A stretch of 64,000 nt of DNA from Balanoglossus misakiensis (taxonomy: Eukaryota; Animalia; Hemichordata), in contig CM082577.2 in NCBI GenBank assembly GCA_040954595.2, positions 20,372,303 to 20,436,302 on the forward strand, read 5' to 3'. The translations under genes and the position numbers were made by a program. Every line of letters starts with the position of its first letter. Position 1 is the stretch's first letter. A model generated the notes under the pieces. That model was not told where the DNA came from and searched no databases. It worked only from the letters and a program-made list of their open reading frames with translations. This document shows positions 1 to 13,300 of the stretch, piece by piece.

Positions 1-241
1 GTTGAATTTCTCCTACTATAAACCTGAATCCTACACCATTGAACACATAGCCCGACTTGGCTAATTTTGTGGGTAACCGATCGACCTTCCATAGCTTATA
101 AGGCAAGTGGGATAAAAAAAATATGGTTTGCTTTGTTCTGCAAAAAGTGGTTTTAGAATTCAGGCACTTTCAGAAAAGGAAGAAACGTACACTTGCGACA
201 AAAATGTTATCCATCAGGCTACTCTTTAATGGAAAAGTTGG

Positions 242-250
242 AAAATAAAA
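242..250 (-). terminator. RNA polymerase III oligo(T) terminator (representative)
   Basis: TTTTATTTT on the minus strand, 2 nt after the 5S 3' end. Other units carry longer uninterrupted T runs at the same position. Confidence 0.85.
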
Positions 251-252
251 TG

Positions 253-372
253 AAGCCTACAGCACGTAGTATTCCCAGGCGGTCTCCCATCCAAGTACTA
301 ACTACGCCCAACGCAGGTTTGCTTCGGTGATCAGACGAGAACCGGCTTATTCTACGTGGTATGGCCGTAGGC
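253..372 (-). rRNA. 5S rRNA gene (first complete copy; representative of roughly 135 full-length copies)
   Basis: Minus strand reads GCCTACGGCCATACCACGTAGAATAAGCCGGTTCTCGTCTGATCACCGAAGCAAACCTGCGTTGGGCGTAGTTAGTACTTGGATGGGAGACCGCCTGGGAATACTACGTGCTGTAGGCTT. It is 120 nt, has terminal helix I (GCCTACGG/CTGTAGGC), and carries the conserved eukaryotic GTTAGTACTTGGATGGGAGACCGCCTGGGAATAC (intermediate element/box C region). Confidence 0.97.
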
Positions 373-396
373 GAAAGATGGTTGAATTTCTCCTAC

Positions 397-402
397 TATA
401 AA
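397..402 (-). promoter_or_regulatory. TATA-like upstream element at -25 to -30 of the 5S gene (representative)
   Basis: TTTATA on the minus strand 25-30 nt upstream of +1, with C at -1. This position matches the upstream elements known for many eukaryotic 5S genes. Confidence 0.55.
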
Positions 403-3400
403 CCTGAATCCTACACCATTGAACACATAGCCCGACTTGGCTAATTTTGTGGGTAAACGATCGACCTTCCATAGCTTATAAGGCAAGTGGGATAAAAAAA
501 TATGGTTTGTTTTGTTCTGCAAAAAGTGTTTTTAGAATTCAGGCACTTTCAGAAAAGGAAGAAACGTACACTTGCGACAAAAATGTTATCCATCAGGCTA
601 CTCTTTAATGGAAAAGTTGGAAAAAAATGAAGCCTACAGCACATAGTATTCCCAGGCGGTCTCCCATCCAAGTACTAACTACGCCCAACGCAGGTTTGCT
701 TCGGTGATCAGACGAGAACCGGCTTATTCTACGTGGTATGGCCGTAGGCGAAAGATGGTTGAATTTCTCCTACTATAAACCTGAATCCTACACCATTGAA
801 CACATAGCCCGACTTGGCTAATTTTGTGGGAAACCGATCGACCTTCCATAGCTTATAAGGCAAGTGGGATCAAAAAATATGGTTGCTTTGTTCTGCAAAA
901 AGTGGTTTTAGAATTCAGGCACTTTCAGAAAAGGAAGAAACGTACACTTGCGACAAAAATGTTATCCATCAGGCTTCTCTTTAATGGAAAAGTTGGATAA
1001 AAAAATGAAGCCTACAGCACGTAGTATTCCCAGGCGGTCTCCCATCCAAGTACTAACTACGCCCAACGCAGGTTTGCTTCGGTGATCTGACGAGAACCGG
1101 CTTATTCTACGTGGTATGGCCGTAGGCGAAAGATGGTTGAATTTCTCCTACTATAAACCTGAATCCTACACCATTGAACACATAGCCCGACTTGGCTAAT
1201 TTTGTGGGTAACCGATCCACCTTCCATAGCTTATAAGGCAAGTGGGATCAAAAAATATGGTTGCTTTGTTCTGCAAAAAGTGGTTTTAGAATTCAGGCAC
1301 TTTCAGAAAAGGAAGAAACGTACACTTGCGAGAAAAATGTTATCCATCAGGCTTCTCTTTAATGGAAAAGTTGGAAAATAAAATGAAGCCTACAGCACGT
1401 AGTATTCCCAGGCGGTCTCCCATCCAAGTACTAACTACGCCCAACGCAGGTTTGCTTCGGTGATCAGACGAGAACCGGCTTATTCTACGTGGTACGGCCG
1501 TAGGCGAAATATGGTTGAATTTCTCCTACTATAAACCTGAATCCTACACCATTGAATACATAGCCCGACTTGGCTAATTTTGTGGGTAACCGATCGACCT
1601 TCCATAGCTTATAAGGCAAGTGGGATAAAAAAATATGGTTGCTTTGTTCTGCAAAAAGTGGTTTTAGAATTCAGGCACTTTCAGAAAAGGAAGAAACGTA
1701 CACTTGCGACAAAAATGTTATCCATCAGGCTAATCTTTAATGGAAAAGTTGGATAAAAATACGAAGCCTACAGCACGTAGTATTCCCAGGCGGTCTCCCA
1801 TCCAAGTACTAACTACGCCCAACGCAGGTTTGCTTCGGTGATCAGACGAGAACCGGCTTATTCTACGTGGTATGGCCGTAGGCGAAAGATGGTTGAATTT
1901 CTCCTACTATAAACCTGAATCCTACACCATTGAACACATAGCCCGACTTGGCTAATTTTGTGGGAAACCGATCGACCTTCCATAGCTTATAAGGCAAGTG
2001 GGATCAAAAAATATGGTTGCTTTGTTCTGCAAAAAGTGGTTTTAGAATTCAGGCACTTTCAGAAAAGGAAGAAACGTACACTTGCGACAAAAATGTTATC
2101 CATCAGGCTACTCTTTAATGGAAAAGTTGGATAAAAAAAATGAAGCCTACAGCACGTAGTATTCCCTGGCGGTCTCCCATCCAAGTACTAACTACGCCCA
2201 ACACAGGTTTGCTTCGGTGATCAGACGAGAACCGGCTTATTCTAAGTGGTATGGCCGTTGGCGAAATATGGTTGAATTTCTCCTACTATAAACCTGAATC
2301 CTACACCATTGAATACATAGCCCGACTTGGCTAATTTTGTGGGTAACCGATCGACCTTCCATAGCTTATAAGGCAAGTGGGATCAAAAAATATGGTTGCT
2401 TTGTTCTGCAAAAAGTGGTTTTAGAATTCAGGCACTTTCAGAAAAGGAAGAAACGTACACTTGCGACAAAAATGTTATCCATCAGGCTACTCTTTAATGG
2501 AAAAGTTGGATAAAAATATGAAGCCTACAGCACGTAGTATTCCCAGGCGGTCTCCCATCCAAGTACTAACTACGCCCAACGCAGGTTTGCTTCGGTGATC
2601 TGACGAGAACCGGCTTATTCTACGTGGTATGGCCGTAGGCGAAAGATGGTTGAATTTCTCCTACTATAAACCTGAATCCTACACCATTGAACACATAGCC
2701 CGACTTGGCTAATTTTGTGGGTAACCGATCCACCTTCCATAGCTTATAAGGCAAGTGGGATCAAAAAATATGGTTGCTTTGTTCTGCAAAAAGTGGTTTT
2801 AGAATTCAGGCACTTTCAGAAAAGGAAGAAACGTACACTTGCGAGAAAAATGTTATCCATCAGGCTACTCTTTAATGGAAAAGTTGGGGGAAAAAATGAA
2901 GCCTACAGCACGTAGTATTCCCAGGCGGTCTCCCATCCAAGTACTAACTACGCCCAACGCAGGTTTGCTTCGGTGATCAGACGAGAACCGGCTTATTCTA
3001 CGTGGTATGGCCGTAGGCGAAAGATGGTTGAATTTCTCCTACTATAAACCTGAATCCTACACCATTGAACACATAGCCCGACTTGGCTAATTTTGTGGGA
3101 AACCGATCGACCTTCCATAGCTTATAAGGCAAGTGGGATCAAAAAATATGGTTGCTTTGTTCTGCAAAAAGTGGTTTTAGAATTCAGGCACTTTCAGAAA
3201 AGGAAGAAACGTACACTTGCGACAAAAATGTTATCCATCAGGCTACTCTTTAATGGAAAAGTTGGATAAAAAAATGAAGCCTACAGCACGTAGTATTCCC
3301 AGGCGGTCTCCCATCCAAGTACTAACTACACCCAACGCAGGTTTGCTTCGGAGATCAGACGAGAACCGGCTTATTCTACGTGGTACGGCCGTAGGCGAAA

Positions 3401-6400
3401 TATGGTTGAATTTCTCCTACTATAAACCTGAATCCTACACCATTGAATACATAGCCCGACTTGGCTAATTTTGTGGGTAACCGATCGACCTTCCATAGCT
3501 TATAAGGCAAGTGGGATCAAAAAATATGGTTGCTTTGTTCTGCAAAAAGTGTTTTTAGAATTCAGGCACTTTCAGAAAAGGAAGAAACGTACACTTGCGA
3601 CAAAAATGTTATCCATCAGGCTACTCTTTAATGGAAAAGTTGGATAAAAATATGAAGCCTACAGCACGTAGTATTCCCAGGCGGTCTCCCATCCAAGTAC
3701 TAACTACGCCCAACGCAGGTTTGCTTCGGTGATCTGACGAGAACCGGCTTATTCTACGTGGTATGGCCGTAGGCGAAAGATGGTTGAATTTCTCCTACTA
3801 TAAACCTGAATCCTACACCATTGAACACATAGCCCGACTTGGCTAATTTTGTGGGTAACCGATCCACCTTCCATAGCTTATAAGGCAAGTGGGATCAAAA
3901 AATATGGTTGCTTTGTTCTGCAAAAAGTGGTTTTAGAATTCAGGCACTTTCAGAAAAGGAAGAAACGTACACTTGCGAGAAAAATGTTATCCATCAGGCT
4001 ACTCTTTAATGGAAAAGTTGGGGAAAAAAATGAAGCCTACAGCACGCAGTATTCCCAGGCGGTCTCCCATCCAAGTACTAACTACGCCCAACGCAGGTTT
4101 GCTTCGGTGATCAGACGAGAACCGGCTTATTCTACGTGGTATGGCCGTAGGCGAAAGATGGTTGAATTTCTCCTACTATAAACCTGAATCCTACACCATT
4201 GAACACATAGTCCGACTTGGCTAATTTTTGTGGGTAACCGATCGACCTTCCATAGCTTATAAGGCAAGTGGGATCAAAAAATATGGTTGCTTTGTTCTGC
4301 AAAAAGTGGTTTTAGAATTCAGGCACTTTCAGAAAAGGAAGAAACGTACACTTGCGACAAAAATGTTATCCATCAGGCTACTCTTTAATGGAAAAGTTGG
4401 ATAAAAAAATGAAGCCTACAGCACGTAGTATTCCCAGGCGGTCTCCCATCCAAGTACTAACTACGCCCAACACAGGTTTGCTTCGGTGATCAGACGAGAA
4501 CCGGCTTATTCTACGTGGTATGGCCGTTGGCGAAAGATGGTTGAATTTCTCCTACTATAAACCTGAATCCTACACCATTGAACACATAGCCCGACTTGGC
4601 TAATTTTGTGGGTAACCGATCGACCTTCCATAGCTTATAAGGCAAGTGGGATAAAAAAATATGGTTTGTTTTGTTCTGCAAAAAGTGTTTTTAGAATTCA
4701 GGCACTTTCAGAAAAGGAAGAAACGGACACTTGCGACAAAAATACTTCGGTGATCAGACGAGAACCGGCTTATTCTACGTGGTATGGCCGTAGGCGAAAG
4801 ATGGTTGAATTTCTCCTACTATAAACCTGAATCCTACACCATTGAACACATAGCCCGACTTGGCTAATTTTGTGGGTAACCGATCGACCTTCCATAGCTT
4901 ATAAGGCAAGTGGGATCAAAACATATGGTTTGTTTTGTTCTGCAAAAAGTGTTTTTAGAATTCAGGCACTTTCAGAAAAGGAAGAAACGTACACTTGCGA
5001 CAAAAATGTTATCCATCAGGCTACTCTTTAATGGAAAAGTTGGATAAAAAATGAAGCCTACAGCACTTAGTATTCCCAGGCGGTCTCCCATCCAAGTACT
5101 AACTACGCCCAACGCAGGTTTGCTTCGGTGATCAGACGAGAACCGGCTTATTCTACGTGGTATGGCCGTAGGCGAAAGATGGTTGAATTTCTCCTACTAT
5201 AAACCCGAATCCTACACCATTGAACACATATCCCGACTTGGCTAATTTTGTGGGTAACCGATCGACCTTCCATAGCTTATAAGGCAAGTGGGATCAAAAA
5301 ATATGGTTGCTTTGTTCTGCAAAAAGTGGTTTTAGAATTCAGGCACTTTCAGAAAAGGAAGAAACGTACACTTGCGACAAAAATGTTATCCATCAGGCTA
5401 CTCTTTAATGGAAAAGTTGGATAAAAAAATGAAGCCTACAGCACGTAGTATTCCCAGGCGGTCTCCCATCCAAGTACTAACTACGCCCAACGCAGGTTTG
5501 CTTCGGTGATCAGACGAGAACCGGCTTATTCTACGTGGTATGGCCGTAGGCGAAAGATGGTTGAATTTCTCCTACTATAAACCTGAATCCTACACCATTG
5601 AACACATAGCCCGACTTGGCTAATTTTGTGGGTAACCGATCGACCTTCCATAGCTTATAAGGCAAGTGGGATCAAAAAATATGGTTGCTTTGTTCTGCAA
5701 AAAGTGGTTTTAGAATTCAGGCACTTTCAGAAAAGGAAGAAACGGACACTTGCGACAAAAATGTTATCCATCAGGCTACTCTTTAATGGAAAAGTTGGAA
5801 AATAAAATGAAGCCTACAGCACATAGTATTCCCAGGCGGTCTCCCATCCAAGTACTAACTACGCCCAACGCAGGTTTGCTTCGGTGATCAGACGAGAACC
5901 GGCTTATTCTACGCGGTATGGCCGTAGGCGAAAGATGGTTGAATTTCTCCTACTATAAACCTGAATCCTACATCATTGAACACATAGCCCGACTTGGCTA
6001 ATTTTGTGGGTAACCGATCGACCTTCCATAGCTTATAAGGCAAGTGGGATCAAAAAATATGGTTGCTTTGTTCTGCAAAAAGTGGTTTTAGAATTCAGGC
6101 ACTTTCAGAAAAGGAAGAAACGTACACTTGCGACAAAAATGTTATCCATCAGGCTACTCTTTAATGGAAAAGTTGGATAAAAAAATGAAGCCTACAGCAC
6201 GTAGTATTCCCAGGCGGTCTCCCATCCAAGTACTAACTACGCCCAACGCATGCGCAGGTTTGCTTCGGTGATCAGACGAGAACCGGCTTATTCTACGTGG
6301 TATGGCCGTAGGCGAAAGATGGTTGAATTTCTCCTACTATAAACCTGAATCCTACACCATTGAACACATAGCCCGACTTGGCTAATTTTGTGGGTAACCG

Positions 6401-7280
6401 ATCGACCTTCCATAGCTTATAAGGCAAGTGGGATCAAAAAATATGGTTGCTTTGTTCTGCAAAAAGTGGTTTTAGAATTCAGGCACTTTCAGAAAAGGAA
6501 GAAACGTACACTTGCGACAAAAATGTTATCCATCAGGCTACTCTTTAATGGAAAAGTTGGATAAAAAAATGAAGCCTACAGCACGTAGTATTCCCAGGCG
6601 GTCTCCCATCCAAGTACTAACTACGCCCAACGCAGGTTTGCTTCGGTGATCAGACGAGAACCGGCTTATTCTACGTGGTATGGCCGTAGGCGAAAGATGG
6701 TTGAATTTCTCCTACTATAAACGTGAATCCTACACCATTGAACACATAGCCCGACTTGGCTAATTTTGTGGGTAACCGATCGACCTTCCATAGCTTATAA
6801 GGCAAGTGGGATCAAAAAATATGGTTGCTTTGTTCTGCAAAAAGTGGTTTTAGAATTCAGGCACTTTCAGAAAAGGAAGAAACGTACACTTGCGACAAAA
6901 ATGTTATCCATCAGGCTACTCTTTAATGGAAAAGTTGGATAAAAAAATGAAGCCTACAGCACGTAGTATTCCCAGGCGGTCTCCCATCCAAGTACTAACT
7001 ACGCCCAACGCAGGTTTGCTTCGGTGATCAGACGAGAACCGGCTTATTCTACGTGGTATGGCCGTAGGCGAAAGATGGTTGAATTTCTCCTACTATAAAC
7101 CTGAATCCTACACCATTGAACACATAGCCCGACTTGGCTAATTTTGTGGGTAACCGATCGACCTTCCATAGCTTATAAGGCAAGTGGGATAAAAAAATAT
7201 GGTTTGTTTTGTTCTGCAAAAAGTGTTTTTAGAATTCAGGCACTTTCAGAAAAGGAAGAAACGGACACTTGCGACAAAAA

Positions 7281-7333
7281 TGCTTCGGTGATCAGACGAG
7301 AACCGGCTTATTCTACGTGGTATGGCCGTAGGC
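7281..7333 (-). pseudogene. 3'-truncated 5S gene, deletion class A (264-bp unit; keeps 5S nt 1-~53), representative of 9 copies
   Basis: Junction gacaaaaatg|cttcggtgatc joins spacer to the gene interior (~114 bp lost). Seen near 4744, 7281, 8301, 14620, 20180, 22338, 55113, 56890 and 60710. Confidence 0.9.
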
Positions 7334-10300
7334 GAAAGATGGTTGAATTTCTCCTACTATAAACCTGAATCCTACACCATTGAACACATAGCCCGACTTG
7401 GCTAATTTTGTGGGTAACCGATCGACCTTCCATAGCTTATAAGGCAAGTGGGATCAAAACATATGGTTTGTTTTGTTCTGCAAAAAGTGTTTTTAGAATT
7501 CAGGCACTTTCAGAAAAGGAAGAAACGTACACTTGCGACAAAAATGTTATCCATCAGGCTACTCTTTAATGGAAAAGTTGGATAAAAAATGAAGCCTACA
7601 GCACTTAGTATTCCCAGGCGGTCTCCCATCCAAGTACTAACTACGCCCAACGCAGGTTTGCTTCGGTGATCAGACGAGAACCGGCTTATTCTACGTGGTA
7701 TGGCCGTAGGCGAAAGATGATTGAATTTCTCCTACTATAAACCCGAATCCTACACCATTGTACACATATCCCGACTTGGCTAATTTTGTGGGTAACCGAT
7801 CGACCTTCCATAGCTTATAAGGCAAGTGGGATCAAAAAATATGGTTGCTTTGTTCTGCAAAAAGTGGTTTTAGAATTCAGGCACTTTCAGAAAAGGAAGA
7901 AACGTACACTTGCGACAAAAATGTTATCCATCAGGCTACTCTTTAATGGAAAAGTTGGATAAAAAAATGAAGCCTACAGAACGTAGTATTCCCAGGCGGT
8001 CTCCCATCCAAGTACTAACTACGCCCAACGCAGGTTTGCTTCGGTGATCAGACGAGAACCGGCTTATTCTACGTGGTATGGCCGTAGGCGAAAGATGGTT
8101 GAATTTCTCCTACTATAAACCTGAATCCTACACCATTGAACACATAGCCCGACTTGGCTAATTTTGTGGGTAACCGATCGACCTTCCATAGCTTATAAGG
8201 CAAGTGGGATCAAAACATATGGTTTGTTTTGTTCCGCAAAAAGTGTTTTTAGAATTCAGGCACTTTCAGAAAAGGAAGAAACGGACACTTGCGACAAAAA
8301 TGCTTCGGTGATCAGACGAGAACCGGCTTATTCTACGTGGTATGGCCGTAGGCGAAAGATGGTTGAATTTCTCCTACTATAAACCTGAATCCTACACCAT
8401 TGAACACATAGCCCGACTTGGCTAATTTTGTGGGTAACCGATCGACCTTCCATAGCTTATAAGGCAAGTGGGATCAAAATATATGGTTTGTTTTGTTCTG
8501 CAAAAAGTGTTTTTAGAATTCAGGCACTTTCAGAAAAGGAAGAAACGTACACTTGCGACAAAAATGTTATCCATCAGGCTACTCTTTAATGGAAAAGTTG
8601 GATAAAAAATGAAGCCTACAGCACTTAGTATTCCCAGGCGGTCTCCCATCCAAGTACTAACTACGCCCAACGCAGGTTTGCTTCGGTGATCAGACGAGAA
8701 CCGGCTTATTCTACGTGGTATGGCCGTAGGCGAAAGATGATTGAATTTCTCCTACTATAAACCCGAATCCTACACCATTGAACACATATCCCGACTTGGC
8801 TAATTTTGTGGGTAACCGATCGACCTTCCATAGCTTATAAGGCAAGTGGGATCAAAAAATATGGTTGCTTTGTTCTGCAAAAAGTGGTTTTAGAATTCAG
8901 GCACTTTCAGAAAAGGAAGAAACGTACACTTGCGACAAAAATGTTATCCATCAGGCTACTCTTTAATGGAAAAGTTGGATAAAAAAATGAAGCCTACAGC
9001 ACGTAGTATTCCCAGGCGGTCTCCCATCCAAGTACTAACTACGCCCAACGCAGGTTTGCTTCGGTGATCAGACGAGAACCGGCTTATTCTACGTGGTATG
9101 GCCGTAGGCGAAAGATGGTTGAATTTCTCCTACTATAAACCTGAATCCTACACCATTGAACACATAGCCCGACTTGGCTAATTTTGTGGGTAACCGATCG
9201 ACCTTCCATAGCTTATAAGGCAAGTGGGATCAAAACATATGGTTTGTTTTGTTCCGCAAAAAGTGTTTTTAGAATTCAGGCACTTTCAGAAAAGGAAGAA
9301 ACGGACACTTGCGACAAAAATGTTATCCATCAGGCTACTCTTTAATGGAAAAGTTGGAAAATAAAATGAAGCCTACAGCACGTAGTATTCCCAGGCGGTC
9401 TCCCATCCAAGTACTAACTACGCCCAACGCAGGTTTGCTTCAGTGATCAGACGAGAACCGGCTTATTCTACGTGGTATGGCCGTAGGCGAAAGATGGTTG
9501 AATTTCTCCTACTATAAACCTGAATCCTACACCATTGAACACATAGCCCGACTTGGCTAATTTTGTGGGTAACCGATCGACCTTCCATAGCTTATAAGGC
9601 AAGTAGGATCAAAAAATATGGTTGCTTTGTTCTGCAAAAAGTGGTTTTAGAATTCAGGCACTTTCAGAAAAGGAAGAAACGTACACTTGCGACAAAAATG
9701 TTATCCATCAGGCTTCTCTTTAATGGAAAAGTTGGATAAAAAAATGAAGCCTACAGCACGTAGTATTCCCAGGCGGTCTCCCATCCAAGTACTAACTACG
9801 CCCAACGCAGGTTTGCTTCGGTGATCAGACGAGAACCGGCTTATTCTACGTGGTATGGCCGTAGGCGAAAGATGGTTGAATTTCTCCTACTATAAACCTG
9901 AATCCTACACCATTGAACACATAGCCCGACTTGGCTAATTTTGTGGGTAACCGATCGACCTTCCATAGCTTATAAGGCAAGTGGGATCAAAACATATGGT
10001 TTGTTTTGTTCTGCAAAAAGTGTTTTTAGAATTCAGGCACTTTCAGAAAAGGAAGAAACGGACACTTGCGACAAAAATGTTATCCATCAGGCTACTCTTT
10101 AATGGAAAAGTTGGAAAATAAAATGAAGCCTACAGCACGTAGTATTCCCAGGCGGTCTCCCATCCAAGTACTAACTACGCCCAACGCAGGTTTGCTTCGG
10201 TGATCAGACGAGAACCGGCTTATTCTACGTGGTATGGCCGTAGGCGAAAGATGGTTGATTTTCTCCTACTATAAACCTGAATCCTACACCATTGAACACA

Positions 10301-13300
10301 TAGCCCGACTTGGCTAATTTTGTGGGTAACCGATCGACCTTCCATAGCTTATAAGGCAAGTGGGATAAAAAAATATGGTTTGTTTTTTTCTGCAAAAAGT
10401 GTTTTTAGAATTCAGGCACTTTCAGAAAAGGAAGAAACGTACACTTGCGACAAAAATGTTATCCATCAGGCTACTCTTTAATGGAAAAGTTGGATAAAAA
10501 AATGAAGCCTACAGCACGTAGTATTCCCAGGCGGTCTCCCATCCAAGTACTAACTACGCCCAACGCAGGTTTGCTTCGGTGATCAGACGAGAACCGGCTT
10601 ATTCTACGTGGTATGGCCGTAGGCGAAAGATGGTTGAATTTCTCCTACTATAAACCTGAATCCTACACCATTGAACACATAGCCCGACTTGGCTAATTTT
10701 GTGGGTAACCGATCGACCTTCCATAGCTTATAAGGCAAGTGGGATCAAAACATATGGTTTGTTTTGTTCTGCAAAAAGTGTTTTTAGAATTCAGGCACTT
10801 TCAGAAAAGGAAGAAACGTACACTTGCGACAAAAATGTTATCCATCAGGCTACTCTTTAATGGAAAAGTTGGATAAAAAATGAAGCCTACAGCACTTAGT
10901 ATTCCCAGGCGGTCTCCCATCCAAGTACTAACTACGCCCAACGCAGGTTTGCTTCGGTGATCAGACGAGAACCGGCTTATTCTACGTGGTATGGCCGTAG
11001 GCGAAAGATGATTGAATTTCTCCTACTATAAACCCGAATCCTACACCATTGAACACATATCCCGACTTGGCTAATTTTGTGGGTAACCGATCGACCTTCC
11101 ATAGCTTATAAGGCAAGTAGGATAAAAAAATATGGTTGCTTTGTTCTGCAAAAAGTGGTTTTAGAATTCAGGCACTTTCAGAAAAGGAAGAAACGTACAC
11201 TTGCGACAAAAATGTTATCCATCAGGCTTCTCTTTAATGGAAAAGTTGGATAAAAAAATGAAGCCTACAGCACGTAGTATTCCCAGGCGGTCTCCCATCC
11301 AAGTACTAACTACGCCCAACGCAGGTTTGCTTCGGTGATCAGACGAGAACCGGCTTATTCTACGTGGTATGGCCGTAGGCGAAAGATGGTTGAATTTCTC
11401 CTACTATAAACCTGAATCCTACACCATTGAACACATAGCCCGACTTGGCTAATTTTGTGGGTAACCGATCGACCTTCCATAGCTTATAAGGCAAGTGGGA
11501 TCAAAACATATGGTTTGTTTTGTTCTGCAAAAAGTGTTTTTAGAATTCAGGCACTTTCAGAAAAGGAAGAAACGGACACTTGCGACAAAAATGTTATCCA
11601 TCAGGCTACTCTTTAATGGAAAAGTTGGAAAATAAAATGAAGCCTACAGCACGTAGTATTCCCAGGCGGTCTCCCATCCAAGTACTAACTACGCCCAACG
11701 CAGGTTTGCTTCGGTGATCAGACGAGAACCGGCTTATTCTACGTGGTATGGCCGTAGGCGAAAGATGGTTGATTTTCTCCTACTATAAACCTGAATCCTA
11801 CACCATTGAACACATAGCCCGACTTGGCTAATTTTGTGGGTAACCGATCGACCTTCCATAGCTTATAAGGCAAGTGGGATAAAAAAATATGGTTTGTTTT
11901 TTTCTGCAAAAAGTGTTTTTAGAATTCAGGCACTTTCAGAAAAGGAAGAAACGTACACTTGCGACAAAAATGTTATCCATCAGGCTACTCTTTAATGGAA
12001 AAGTTGGATAAAAAAATGAAGCCTACAGCACGTAGTATTCCCAGGCGGTCTCCCATCCAAGTACTAACTACGCCCAACGCAGGTTTGCTTCGGTGATCAG
12101 ACGAGAACCGGCTTATTCTACGTGGTATGGCCGTAGGCGAAAGATGGTTGAATTTCTCCTACTATAAACCTGAATCCTACACCATTGAACACATAGCCCG
12201 ACTTGGCTAATTTTGTGGGTAACCGATCGACCTTCCATAGCTTATAAGGCAAGTGGGATCAAAACATATGGTTTGTTTTGTTCTGCAAAAAGTGTTTTTA
12301 GAATTCAGGCACTTTCAGAAAAGGAAGAAACGTACACTTGCGACAAAAATGTTATCCATCAGGCTACTCTTTAATGGAAAAGTTGGATAAAAAATGAAGC
12401 CTACAGCACTTAGTATTCCCAGGCGGTCTCCCATCCAAGTACTAACTACGCCCAACGCAGGTTTGCTTCGGTGATCAGACGAGAACCGGCTTATTCTACG
12501 TGGTATGGCCGTAGGCGAAAGATGATTGAATTTCTCCTACTATAAACCCGAATCCTACACCATTGAACACATATCCCGACTTGGCTAATTTTGTGGGTAA
12601 CCGATCGACCTTCCATAGCTTATAAGGCAAGTGGGATCAAAAAATATGGTTGCTTTGTTCTGCAAAAAGTGGTTTTAGAATTCAGGCACTTTCAGAAAAG
12701 GAAGAAACGTACACTTGCGACAAAAATGTTATCCATCAGGCTACTCTTTAATGGAAAAGTTGGATAAAAAAATGAAGCCTACAGCACGTAGTATTCCCAG
12801 GCGGTCTCCCATCCAAGTACTAACTACGCCCAACGCAGGTTTGCTTCGGTGATCAGACGAGAACCGGCTTATTCTACGTGGTATGGCCGTAGGCGAAAGA
12901 TGGTTGAATTTCTCCTACTATAAACCTGAATCCTACACCATTGAACACATAGCCCGACTTGGCTAATTTTGTGGGTAACCGATCGACCTTCCATAGCTTA
13001 TAAGGCAAGTGGGATCAAAACATATGGTTTGTTTTGTTCCGCAAAAAGTGTTTTTAGAATTCAGGCACTTTCAGAAAAGGAAGAAACGGACACTTGCGAC
13101 AAAAATGTTATCCATCAGGCTACTCTTTAATGGAAAAGTTGGAAAATAAAATGAAGCCTACAGCACGTAGTATTCCCAGGCGGTCTCCCATCCAAGTACT
13201 AACTACGCCCAACGCAGGTTTGCTTCAGTGATCAGACGAGAACCGGCTTATTCTACGTGGTATGGCCGTAGGCGAAAGATGGTTGAATTTCTCCTACTAT

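Noticed and set aside
52-63. tRNA A-box-like TAGCCAAGTCGG on the minus strand
   Set aside because: There is no properly spaced B box and no cloverleaf.
40-140. Canonical spliced-leader RNA gene in the spacer
   Set aside because: The only donor-like GGTAA lies downstream of the Sm-like motif, the wrong order for animal SL RNA, and I recognise no known leader sequence.
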